Positions 17,406 through 24,156 of a stretch of 32,000 bases of DNA are shown here, piece after piece (positions within the stretch are counted from its first letter, which is position 1; each line of letters starts with the position of its first letter). Source of the DNA: Candidatus Methylomirabilis limnetica. Its GTDB lineage: Bacteria; Methylomirabilota; Methylomirabilia; Methylomirabilales; Methylomirabilaceae. Made by a program: the position numbers and the translations under genes. Below the pieces are notes generated by a model that saw nothing but the letters and a program-made list of their open reading frames with translations, was not told where the DNA came from and searched no databases. The stretch spans positions 90,001 to 122,000 of the forward strand of contig NZ_NVQC01000016.1 of assembly GCF_003044035.1 (NCBI RefSeq), written 5' to 3'.

Positions 17406-17909
17406 GACGCTGGAGATTATCTATAAGGGTAAGAGCATCGCCGGCGTCTTGGACATGACCGTGGAAGAGGCGCTCCGCTTCTTCCAGCCTGTCCCCAAGA
17501 TCAAGGAGAAACTCCAGACCCTGTTTGACGTCGGGCTTGGCTATATATCACACTGGGCCAGTTGGCCACGACGCTCTCGGGCGGTGAGGCGCAGCGGGTC
17601 AAGCTGTCGCGGGAACTCAGCAAACGAGGGACCGGCCAGACCCTGTATATCCTGGATGAGCCGACCACCGGGCTGCACTTCCACGATATCCGCCAACTCC
17701 TGGAGGTCCTGCACCGCCTGACCGATGTTGGCAACACCGTCGTAGTGATCGAGCACAACCTGGAGGTGATCAAGACGGCCGACTGGATCATCGACCTGGG
17801 CCCGGAGGGCGGGGATGAGGGAGGGCATGTCGTCGTAGCAGGACAGCCGGAGGAGGTGGCCGCCCATCCGACCTCCTACACCGGCCAGTTTCTCAAGCGG
17901 ATGCTTTAA
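17406..17909 (+). pseudogene. uvrA: displaced 3' end of uvrA (last ~168 codons), frameshifted
   Basis: Aligns end to end with 12045-12530 of the intact uvrA. A 2-nt indel patch at 17539-17557 (ggctatatatcacactggg vs ggctacattaaactggg) splits it into ORF-track frames 17392..17721 and 17562..17909. No 5' 2.1 kb. Confidence 0.9.
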
Positions 17910-17917
17910 GGGTAACT

Positions 17918-17946
17918 ATTCAGGTGTTTAGGCTGAAGGCTGTTAG
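17918..17946. repeat. REP-like arm (gtttaggctgaagg family), just downstream of the uvrA 3' pseudogene
   Basis: attcaggtgtttaggctgaaggctgttag aligns with 30855-30883 (cttaggcgtttaggctgaaggttgttagg) and with the reverse complement of 9879-9912. Confidence 0.6.
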
Positions 17947-18247
17947 TCATTGCGCATGGACCAAATCAAGGCACCCAGAACCTTTTCGGTCTCCATCATT
18001 GTCGCGTTGTATTCGGAAACGCTTGGCTCGTCTGTGCGTGTTCCCACAGTCTAAAAGACTACAGTCTATCTACCTAAGTAGTTATCTTTGAGGTTGAGAT
18101 GTCCAAGTGACAGTGCGACCCCTTTTGCCTCGTCCTTCGTGGATTTCTTACGTCTGCGCATCCAGGACCGCGATCTGACCCAGACTGTGGTTAAGCTGGC
18201 GGAGGCGGGGACCACGCCGTCTGCTGCAGACAGTGCCGAACCAGTCG

Positions 18248-18553
18248 CTATGCACGTACCGGAGCAGGCTGGTAGCGCCGGACACGGATCGTACGCTCGC
18301 GCTGACGCGCTTGCGCGATATCGTAGGACGATTGCATGCGCATGAGCGTCTCCATGTCCACACCGAAGGCTTTTTCGAGACGTAGTGCCATGTCGCCGGA
18401 AAGGGAAGCCTTGCCGTTGAGCAAGCTGGACAGCGCTGGCCGGCTCACACCCAATGTCTGTGCGGCAGCAGTCACGGTCAAGCCGTGCGCGTCGATGATT
18501 TCGGTACGAATAAAGTCGCCCGGATGAGGCGGGTTCAACATACGCATCGTCAT
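18248..18553 (-). CDS. higA: HigA-family antitoxin (XRE-type HTH), module 1
   Basis: MTMRMLNPPHPGDFIRTEIIDAHGLTVTAAAQTLGVSRPALSSLLNGKASLSGDMALRLEKAFG is the typical HigA/VapI HTH. It lies 8 nt downstream of the toxin gene. Confidence 0.85.
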   Translation of the reverse strand: MTMRMLNPPHPGDFIRTEIIDAHGLTVTAAAQTLGVSRPALSSLLNGKASLSGDMALRLEKAFGVDMETLMRMQSSYDIAQARQRERTIRVRRYQPAPVRA

Positions 18554-18561
18554 GTCTCCTG

Positions 18562-18846
18562 TCAGTGATAGTCCTCGAAATTCACGTCATGGATTTCGTC
18601 GTCCTCGACGCGTAATGTGAGCCGCCAGTTCCGCGTCACGTGTAGGCTCCATGTGCCTTTGCGGCTGCCGGTTAATACATGCGCCTTCCACGCCGGGAAC
18701 GCGCGAAGCGTTTCCACATCCTGTACGTCCTGCAGGAACGCCAGCATCTTACGGAGCTTGTCCACGGCCTCGGACGGAAGACCTTTCGTCACGTCTTCTG
18801 CGTAAAGCCGTCTTAAGGGCTTGTGGGTGAAGCTCCGGATCTTCAC
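18562..18846 (-). CDS. higB: HigB-like toxin (plasmid-maintenance killer / RelE superfamily), module 1
   Basis: VKIRSFTHKPLRRLY...LRAFPAWKAHVLTGSRKGTWSLHVTRNWRLTLRVEDDEIHDVNFEDYH fits the HigB pattern (..DYEDYH tail). GTG 18846 was chosen because a TTGACA-17-TACATT promoter ends 6 nt upstream. The ORF-track start 18951 lies upstream of that promoter. Confidence 0.8.
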   Translation of the reverse strand: MKIRSFTHKPLRRLYAEDVTKGLPSEAVDKLRKMLAFLQDVQDVETLRAFPAWKAHVLTGSRKGTWSLHVTRNWRLTLRVEDDEIHDVNFEDYH

Positions 18847-18852
18847 TCTATC

Positions 18853-18881
18853 AATGTAGCCTGTTAGGCGACACTTGTCAA
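18853..18881 (-). promoter_or_regulatory. sigma70-type promoter of higBA-1 abutting the start codon
   Basis: Minus strand reads TTGACA (18881-18876), 17-nt spacer, TACATT (18858-18853), then gataga and GTG at 18846. Confidence 0.5.
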
Positions 18882-19191
18882 TAACACAACACCCCCTCCT
18901 TCCCCCTCGCCCCATCGGCTGCGCCATGTACGCTAGAAGGCGTGTTGACACTAGGGTCGGTGTCTGCCAGAGTCACCGGCAGTTTGCCGGGCCGCCTGAT
19001 TCCACCGCCTTTTCCTTGATAGGGGTAGGGTAGCTTTCTATACTCCCGCGAGTGATAACCAGACGAATATAGTGCAACTGGTGTAAGACTTCCGCAGTGG
19101 AGGGGTCGGATGATTGCCGACGGCCACGGTGGTGTCATATGGAATCAAGCGAACGCGCCTGACAGATATGATAAAAATGAGCCCCGCCATC

Positions 19192-19220
19192 TTTTGGCTA
19201 TCCGGATTGATCTGTGAAAT
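19192..19220 (+). repeat. 29-nt direct repeat, left copy (flanks the MITE-higBA-MITE unit)
   Basis: ttttggctatccggattgatctgtgaaat recurs at 20703-20732 with one extra g (ctgtgGaaat). Confidence 0.9.
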
Positions 19221-19238
19221 CCGCTGCGTGTAAAATAG

Positions 19239-19532
19239 AAAATAGGGACAGACACTATTATCGTGACGATTCGTGGTGTTCGCGGTCATGATCGGCATGC
19301 CACGGATTACTCGAACCGTTGCAGCCAGCCACCCGTAGCATGTGAGACAACGAGGGAATTAGCACCAGACGGTCTTTCAAAACGACAGCGATGCGAAGGC
19401 ACACGATGACAGAGCGGCCACTGCAAAGAGACGGGTTCATCTGGGAGGTGCGCAGGACACTGGACGAGTAAGACACGTGGTGCAGAGGGGAAGACCAAGA
19501 AAGGATCTCAATAAATAGTGTCTGTCCCTATA
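19239..19532 (+). mobile_element. 294-bp TIR-bounded non-coding element (MITE-like), copy A
   Basis: Left end is aaaatagggacagacactatt and right end is aatagtgtctgtccctat (inverted). It differs from copy B (offset 1163 nt) at 5 positions by hand alignment. No credible ORF. Confidence 0.75.
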
Positions 19533-19626
19533 TCCAATATCTTCTAACGTCGGCTTTTGAAAAAGATCACCACCGGCAGGTAATGGCCGATTGGAGCTAA
19601 ATCCTAAATCTGTTCAGGTGTAGCCC

Positions 19627-19655
19627 TTGCAGCGAGTATATCTTTTTGATATAGT
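19627..19655 (+). promoter_or_regulatory. sigma70-type promoter of higBA-3 abutting the start codon
   Basis: TTGCAG (19627-19632), 17-nt spacer, TATAGT (19650-19655), then cgtgct and ATG at 19662. No SD. Confidence 0.55.
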
Positions 19656-19661
19656 CGTGCT

Positions 19662-19964
19662 ATGCACATCATTTCACTGAAGATGCTGCGTGACTTCTGG
19701 CACAGGCATCCTGAAGCCGAGCAGTCTTTGCGCAACTGGCACACCGTCGCCGAGAATTCTCGCTTTGCTGACTTTGCTGATCTACGGCAGAGCTTTTGTG
19801 GTGCCGATTATGTTCCGCCTTATACCGTGTTCGATGTCGGCGGCAACAACTATCGGGTTGTTGTCATCGTTCGCTACCGCGATGGCAAGATATTCGTGCG
19901 TTGGGTAATGACTCACCGGGAATACGACAACTGGTGCAAGCTTTACAGGAAAGGCAAGGTGTAA
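19662..19964 (+). CDS. higB: HigB-family mRNA interferase toxin (E. coli HigB/YgjN type), module 3
   Basis: MHIISLKMLRDFW...YTVFDVGGNNYRVVVIVRYRDGKIFVRWVMTHREYD parallels E. coli HigB (..VFNVGGNELRVV....YIREVMTHKEYD), from recall. Confidence 0.8.
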   Translation: MHIISLKMLRDFWHRHPEAEQSLRNWHTVAENSRFADFADLRQSFCGADYVPPYTVFDVGGNNYRVVVIVRYRDGKIFVRWVMTHREYDNWCKLYRKGKV

Positions 19965-19966
19965 AC

Positions 19967-20395
19967 ATGACAACCGCTACTGCGACTCTGGACATCAAGG
20001 CGCTGCAAAAGACTTGGGCCGCGTTTGATCGCGTCGCCCATTTGCGTCCGATCCGTACCGAGGAAGAGTATGACCGTACTGTTTCGCTTATGAACTATCT
20101 GTTGGACATGGTCGGCGACCGGGAGAATCACGCCTTGTCAGGGCTTCTTGATCTCGTCAGCGAACTGGTGGCGGACTATGACACCAACCACTTCGCCATC
20201 GAAGCTTCCGAACCCAATGAGGTTTTGCGCTACCTGATCGAATTACGCGGTCTGAAGCAAGGTGATCTGGCGGAGATCGTCCCACAGAGCAACCTTTCAG
20301 CGATTCTTTCCGGCAAGCGAAAGATCAGCGCAACCCTGGCGGGGAAGCTGGCCAAGTTCTTCAACACCAGCCCAGCGGTATTCGTGCCTGGCTAA
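19967..20395 (+). CDS. higA: HigA-family antitoxin (E. coli HigA/YgjM type, C-terminal HTH), module 3
   Basis: ATG 19967 lies 2 nt after the toxin stop. The C-terminal LRYLIELRGLKQGDLAEIVPQSNLSAILSGKRKISATLAGKLAKFF is an XRE HTH. The ORF-track start 19796 lies inside higB. Confidence 0.8.
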   Translation: MTTATATLDIKALQKTWAAFDRVAHLRPIRTEEEYDRTVSLMNYLLDMVGDRENHALSGLLDLVSELVADYDTNHFAIEASEPNEVLRYLIELRGLKQGDLAEIVPQSNLSAILSGKRKISATLAGKLAKFFNTSPAVFVPG

Positions 20396-20401
20396 ATAGG
20401 G

Positions 20402-20695
20402 AAAATAGGGACAGACACTATTATCGTGACGATTCGTGGTGTTCGCGGTCATGATCGGCATGCCACGGATTACTCGAACCGTTGCAGCCAGCCACCCGTA
20501 GCATGTGAGACAACGAGGGAATTAGCACCAGACGGTCTTTCAAAACGACAGCGAATCGGAGGCACACGATGACAGAGCGGCCACTGCGAAGAGACGGGTT
20601 CATCTGGGAGGTGCGCAGGACACTGGACGAGTAAGACACGTGGTGCAGAGGGGAAGACCAAGAAAGGATCTCAAAAAATAGTGTCTGTCCCTATT
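20402..20695 (+). mobile_element. 294-bp TIR-bounded non-coding element (MITE-like), copy B
   Basis: Same orientation as copy A. The TIR extends to 21 bp here (aaaatagggacagacactatt / aatagtgtctgtccctatttt, through 20697). It starts 7 nt after the higA-3 stop. Confidence 0.75.
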
Positions 20696-20702
20696 TTTGA
20701 TT

Positions 20703-20732
20703 TTTTGGCTATCCGGATTGATCTGTGGAAAT
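20703..20732 (+). repeat. 30-nt direct repeat, right copy
   Basis: ttttggctatccggattgatctgtggaaat. See 19192-19220. Confidence 0.9.
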
Positions 20733-21022
20733 AGTCGAATGAATCCCGGATCCATTTGGACTGCAATCTCCCAGGCCGTCCGATGCTGGTGCAGATTAGT
20801 GATCTAATGTACGCTCCTCCGATCCGAGGAGGAGGATGTAAGGGAACCTTAGTGGAACCCGGCGACTAATGGCGCAGAAAACGCTTGACATCTCTGGGGG
20901 GGGGCTATCCTTGCACGAGTTGTTTTCATGCTTGACATTCGGAGCATGTGATAAGTTGCCGTCCCTATCCGTGAAATACTACGGGATTTGCAGTACACAG
21001 TAGAGATAAGGAGACCCCAACG

Positions 21023-22210
21023 GTGACCCGTCTCGCCCGCTTTTACGTGTGTGCCACCGCCCTGCTCCTTGCCTGCGCGCTCGCCCCGGCCTTTGCCGCT
21101 GAAGCCGCCACTCGCTTCGTCGCCACCACAGGTAGTAACGCCGGGCCAAATACTTGCCTCGCATCCGGGTCACCCTGCAAAACGATCACCTACGCCCTCA
21201 TCACCCAGGCCGTGGCCAACGACACGATCTCGGTCGCGGCCGGGACCTACAATCCCGCCCTGGGCGAGACCTTCCCCCTCGTGATCGCCGTCAACCTGAC
21301 CCTCACCGGCGCGGGTGCGCCTGGTACGATCATTGATGCCGGAGGGACGAACCAGGTAGTCCAGAACAACTTCGCGACCGTGACCATCTCGGGGGTGACG
21401 ATCACGGGCGGCGATTTCGCCCAAGGTGGTGGTCTCTCCAACTTCGGCACGCTCACCCTGACGAACAGCACCGTGAGCGGGAATACGGCAAGCTGCGCGG
21501 CAACGACACTCTCCTGCTTCGCCCAAGGTGGAGGCATCTACAACAACGCCGGCACGCTCACCCTCACCAACAGCACCGTGAGCGGGAATACAGCAAGCTG
21601 CTCGGCCAGCGGCAGCGGCAACGGATGCCGCGCCGAAGGCGGCGGCCTCTACCTCAACAGCGCCACGACCCTTGCGAACAGCACCGTGACCGCGAACACG
21701 GCGAGCTGCACCACCAGCGCGGGCGCCTCCTGCAGCACCGGCGGCGGCGGCACTTTCAGCGATGGAGAAGGAACATCGGTCCTGAGCCTCGGGGCCACGA
21801 TTGTCGCGCTCCAGCTCGCGGGGGCGGACTGCGACGGCGACGCCAGCACCTCGAACGGCTTCAATCTTGACAGCGACACCACTTGCGGCCTGTCCGGGAC
21901 TGGGGATCAGTCGGGGGTGGTAAACCCCCTTCTCGGGCCCCTCCAAAACAACGGGGGGCCGACCAACACCCACGCGCTCCTCACCGGGAGCCCCGCCATC
22001 GACGCCGTGACGAGCGGCTGCCCGCCGCCTGCCACCGACCAGCGCGGCATCACGCGCCCTCAGGGTCCCGCCTGCGACATCGGGGCGTATGAGGTCCAAA
22101 CGGCGGCGGCCGGCATCCCCACCCTGTCCGAGTGGGCCCAGATCGGCATGGCGGCCCTGCTCGTGGGCGGCGGGTTGCTCGCCCTCAGACGGAACAGGCA
22201 GCTATCGTGA
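21023..22210 (+). CDS. secreted parallel-beta-helix repeat protein with a choice-of-anchor-Q-like region and an IPTL-CTERM sorting signal
   Basis: GTG 21023 has AAGGAG 9 nt upstream. Signal peptide is ..LLLACALAPAFAAEA. There are NSTVSGNTASC repeats and TDQRGITRPQGPACDIGAYE. The C-terminus is IPTLSEWAQIGMAALLVGGGLLALRRNRQLS, that is motif, TM helix and basic tail. Confidence 0.85.
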   Translation: MTRLARFYVCATALLLACALAPAFAAEAATRFVATTGSNAGPNTCLASGSPCKTITYALITQAVANDTISVAAGTYNPALGETFPLVIAVNLTLTGAGAPGTIIDAGGTNQVVQNNFATVTISGVTITGGDFAQGGGLSNFGTLTLTNSTVSGNTASCAATTLSCFAQGGGIYNNAGTLTLTNSTVSGNTASCSASGSGNGCRAEGGGLYLNSATTLANSTVTANTASCTTSAGASCSTGGGGTFSDGEGTSVLSLGATIVALQLAGADCDGDASTSNGFNLDSDTTCGLSGTGDQSGVVNPLLGPLQNNGGPTNTHALLTGSPAIDAVTSGCPPPATDQRGITRPQGPACDIGAYEVQTAAAGIPTLSEWAQIGMAALLVGGGLLALRRNRQLS

Positions 22211-22251
22211 GGACTGACTAAACGCCGTGGGCTGACGTCTCTTTTTATCCC

Positions 22252-22764
22252 ATGCGCACCATACCGCAGCAGAATCTCCTGAAGCAGCAACAGGGCCTGT
22301 ACTTCTGCCTGCGCTTCGGCCTCTACACCCTGCTTGCCTTCCTGTTCCTGTATGCCCTGGACGATCGGCTCGTCGTGCCGTTTACCCGTGTCATCGCCTG
22401 GCTGTCCCACACCCTCCTCACGATCCTGGGTGCCCGAAGCTGGGTTGCAGGCGCCTCCGTCGGCATCCCCGGCTTTGCGGTCGAGATCAAGAACAACTGT
22501 AACGCGATCTATGAGATCGGCCTGTACGCCTCAGCGGTCTTCGCCTACCCCGCGACCCTCACGCAGCGCATCCTCGGATGTCTCTCAGGCGCAGTTGTGC
22601 TGTTCCTGGTCAACCTCCTGCGCGTGCTCAGCCTGATCGGCATAGGCCGGTACTTTCCTGGAGGGTTTCAGATTGCCCACCTCTACCTCTGGCAGGCCCT
22701 TTTCCTCGCCCTCGTCGCCGCCTGCTGGCTTATCTGGCTTAGCCGGATTCGCAGACTCGCTTAG
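22252..22764 (+). CDS. short exosortase-family transpeptidase (exosortase H-like; subtype inferred from the adjacent IPTL-CTERM substrate)
   Basis: 170 aa, polytopic. Candidate catalytic residues are Cys83 (VEIKNNCNAIYEIG), Arg124 (VNLLRVLS) and His143 (FQIAHLYLW), in the Cys...Arg...His order of exosortases/archaeosortases. It starts 42 nt after the substrate gene. Confidence 0.7.
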   Translation: MRTIPQQNLLKQQQGLYFCLRFGLYTLLAFLFLYALDDRLVVPFTRVIAWLSHTLLTILGARSWVAGASVGIPGFAVEIKNNCNAIYEIGLYASAVFAYPATLTQRILGCLSGAVVLFLVNLLRVLSLIGIGRYFPGGFQIAHLYLWQALFLALVAACWLIWLSRIRRLA

Positions 22765-23419
22765 AGCGTCCTGGCGGGGCTTCATCCTCCGTGCAGGCTC
22801 CCTCTTTATCCTCCTCGCGTTGCTGTGGGTTGTCCTCGCACCCGCCTACGCCCACCTGCTCGCGGCCTTCGCCTCCCCCCTGATCCCCTCGATCGAATCC
22901 TCCCCCGGCACTCGCTATCTTGTGGAGGGCACCACCATCATCGCCGTGCGCCCCATCATGCGGCAGACCTCCGAGACGGTCACCGTCAGCCGCCTCCTAC
23001 TGCGAGATACCTCCGGCGACTACCCCCTGGCCCTCCTGGCCGCGCTCGTGTTCGCGACCCCGGCCTGGTCACTCACGCGACGGGGCAGAGTCTTCGCCGT
23101 GACCGTGGGCCTGCTCATCCTCACCCAGTTCCTCTCGTTGCTGGTCAATATCGAGTACACCAAGCTATGGCCGCAGAAGACCGCAGCCGGCATTGTGGTC
23201 TCTCTCGACTACTCGAAGGCGAAGATGATCCTGTTCGATTGGCTCTACGCCTTCCTGGAGTTCATGGGGAGGGGCTTCTTTGCGCTGCTGCTCTACTTCG
23301 GGGCCATCGCCCTTGTGTGGGGACGCCCGGAGCCGGGATCAATGAAGGGCTCAGTGGGCAGAAACGAGCCCTGCCCCTGCGGAAGCGGCATCAAGACCAA
23401 GCGGTGCTGTGGGAGGTGA
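22673..23419 (+). CDS. polytopic membrane protein with a C-terminal SEC-C metal-binding motif (exosortase-associated by position)
   Basis: The ORF ends ..GRNEPCPCGSGIKTKRCCGR (SEC-C motif). There are about 5 hydrophobic segments. The start is uncertain. TTG 22673 overlaps the exosortase gene by 92 nt. I see no ATG or GTG in frame near the exosortase stop, and TTG about 22820 would trim the first helix. Confidence 0.55.
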   Translation: MPTSTSGRPFSSPSSPPAGLSGLAGFADSLRASWRGFILRAGSLFILLALLWVVLAPAYAHLLAAFASPLIPSIESSPGTRYLVEGTTIIAVRPIMRQTSETVTVSRLLLRDTSGDYPLALLAALVFATPAWSLTRRGRVFAVTVGLLILTQFLSLLVNIEYTKLWPQKTAAGIVVSLDYSKAKMILFDWLYAFLEFMGRGFFALLLYFGAIALVWGRPEPGSMKGSVGRNEPCPCGSGIKTKRCCGR

Positions 23420-23546
23420 GGGGGTGATGAACCGATCCGGGCAAAGCGCGGAAGGCGACAGGCCCTCGCCCCCCGCGCCCTCTCCGACCTCCCGGATCTT
23501 TGCCGACAGTCGCTGTATCGCCCCGCAGTAAGACCGGACAGCCTTC

Positions 23547-23837
23547 TTACGCCGCCTCAAGCCGCCTCAGTTGTTTGAACCGGTCGGTGGGGACGCGGGT
23601 AAGGTCGTATTGTGCCTGCTGGAGCAGCCAGCTTTCGGCGCTCCCTCCGAAGACCTTTGACAGTCGTACGGCCATTTCCAGAGAGATGCCGCGCTTCCCG
23701 TTCACGAGTTCGGACAGGGTGGTACGCGTGACGCCGAGGGCCGCGGCGGCCTCGGTTATAGTCAGGCCGAGCGGCTCGATACAGTCGTGTAGCACAACAC
23801 CGCCGGGATGAGGGGGGTTCTTCATGCGCATGGTCAA
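23547..23837 (-). CDS. higA: HigA-family antitoxin (XRE HTH), module 2
   Basis: [64 protein letters not shown]. Paralogous to module 1 antitoxin. Confidence 0.85.
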   Translation of the reverse strand: MTMRMKNPPHPGGVVLHDCIEPLGLTITEAAAALGVTRTTLSELVNGKRGISLEMAVRLSKVFGGSAESWLLQQAQYDLTRVPTDRFKQLRRLEAA

Positions 23838-23843
23838 GCCTCC

Positions 23844-24122
23844 TTAGTGGTAATCCAGATAATCCACGTCCCACGCCTCGCCCTCGGCGAAGCGAAAGAT
23901 GGTACGCCAGTTCGCGTGAACGGTTACGGCATGAAAGCCCTGAAGGTCGCCTCTGAGCGGGTGCAGCCGATACCCCGGCAAGTCCATGTCGGACGCCGAC
24001 CGCGCCGCATTCAGCCTTGCCAGAATACGTCGCAATTTGTCGGCATGCTCGGCGGCTACGCCACGTGCGTCATCGTTCTCGAACAGCCTTCGCAAGCCTT
24101 TATGCCGGATCGAACCAATCAT
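23844..24122 (-). CDS. higB: HigB-like toxin (plasmid-maintenance killer type), module 2
   Basis: MIGSIRHKGLRRLFENDDARGV...LPGYRLHPLRGDLQGFHAVTVHANWRTIFRFAEGEAWDVDYLDYH is the canonical HigB pattern. Confidence 0.85.
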   Translation of the reverse strand: MIGSIRHKGLRRLFENDDARGVAAEHADKLRRILARLNAARSASDMDLPGYRLHPLRGDLQGFHAVTVHANWRTIFRFAEGEAWDVDYLDYH

Positions 24123-24127
24123 GCGTC

Positions 24128-24156
24128 AGTGTAATGAGTTACGTGACGCGTGTCAA
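24128..24156 (-). promoter_or_regulatory. sigma70-type promoter of higBA-2 abutting the start codon, with an overlapping palindromic operator candidate
   Basis: Minus strand reads TTGACA (24156-24151), 17-nt spacer, TACACT (24133-24128), then gacgc and ATG at 24122. GCGTCA-N15-TGACGC (24123-24149) spans the -10 box and spacer. Confidence 0.55.

Noticed and set aside
18944-18972. ttgacactagggtcggtgtctgcc, a palindrome resembling the inner ends of the 294-bp element TIRs (a possible solo or collapsed copy)
   Set aside because: Only about 7 nt per arm match and the outer TIR parts are absent, so this is probably coincidence.
19258-19498. 72-aa and 63-aa minus-strand ORFs inside the 294-bp element (also 20421..20661)
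   Set aside because: They use non-ATG starts, have no SD and run into the TIR. Between the two copies there are 2 synonymous vs 2 non-synonymous changes in one frame, and several non-conservative changes in the other. They are treated as non-coding.
21170-22099. 309-aa minus-strand ORF and several plus-strand alternate-frame ORFs within the IPTL-CTERM gene
   Set aside because: Their Arg/Gly/Ala-rich composition is typical of wrong-frame translation of G+C-rich DNA. The plus-frame gene has an SD, a signal peptide and a sorting signal.
22825-23427. 200-aa plus-strand ORF in an alternate frame of the SEC-C membrane protein gene
   Set aside because: It is Pro/Arg-rich, has no hydrophobic helices and loses the SEC-C motif. 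The 22673 frame is clearly the coding one.
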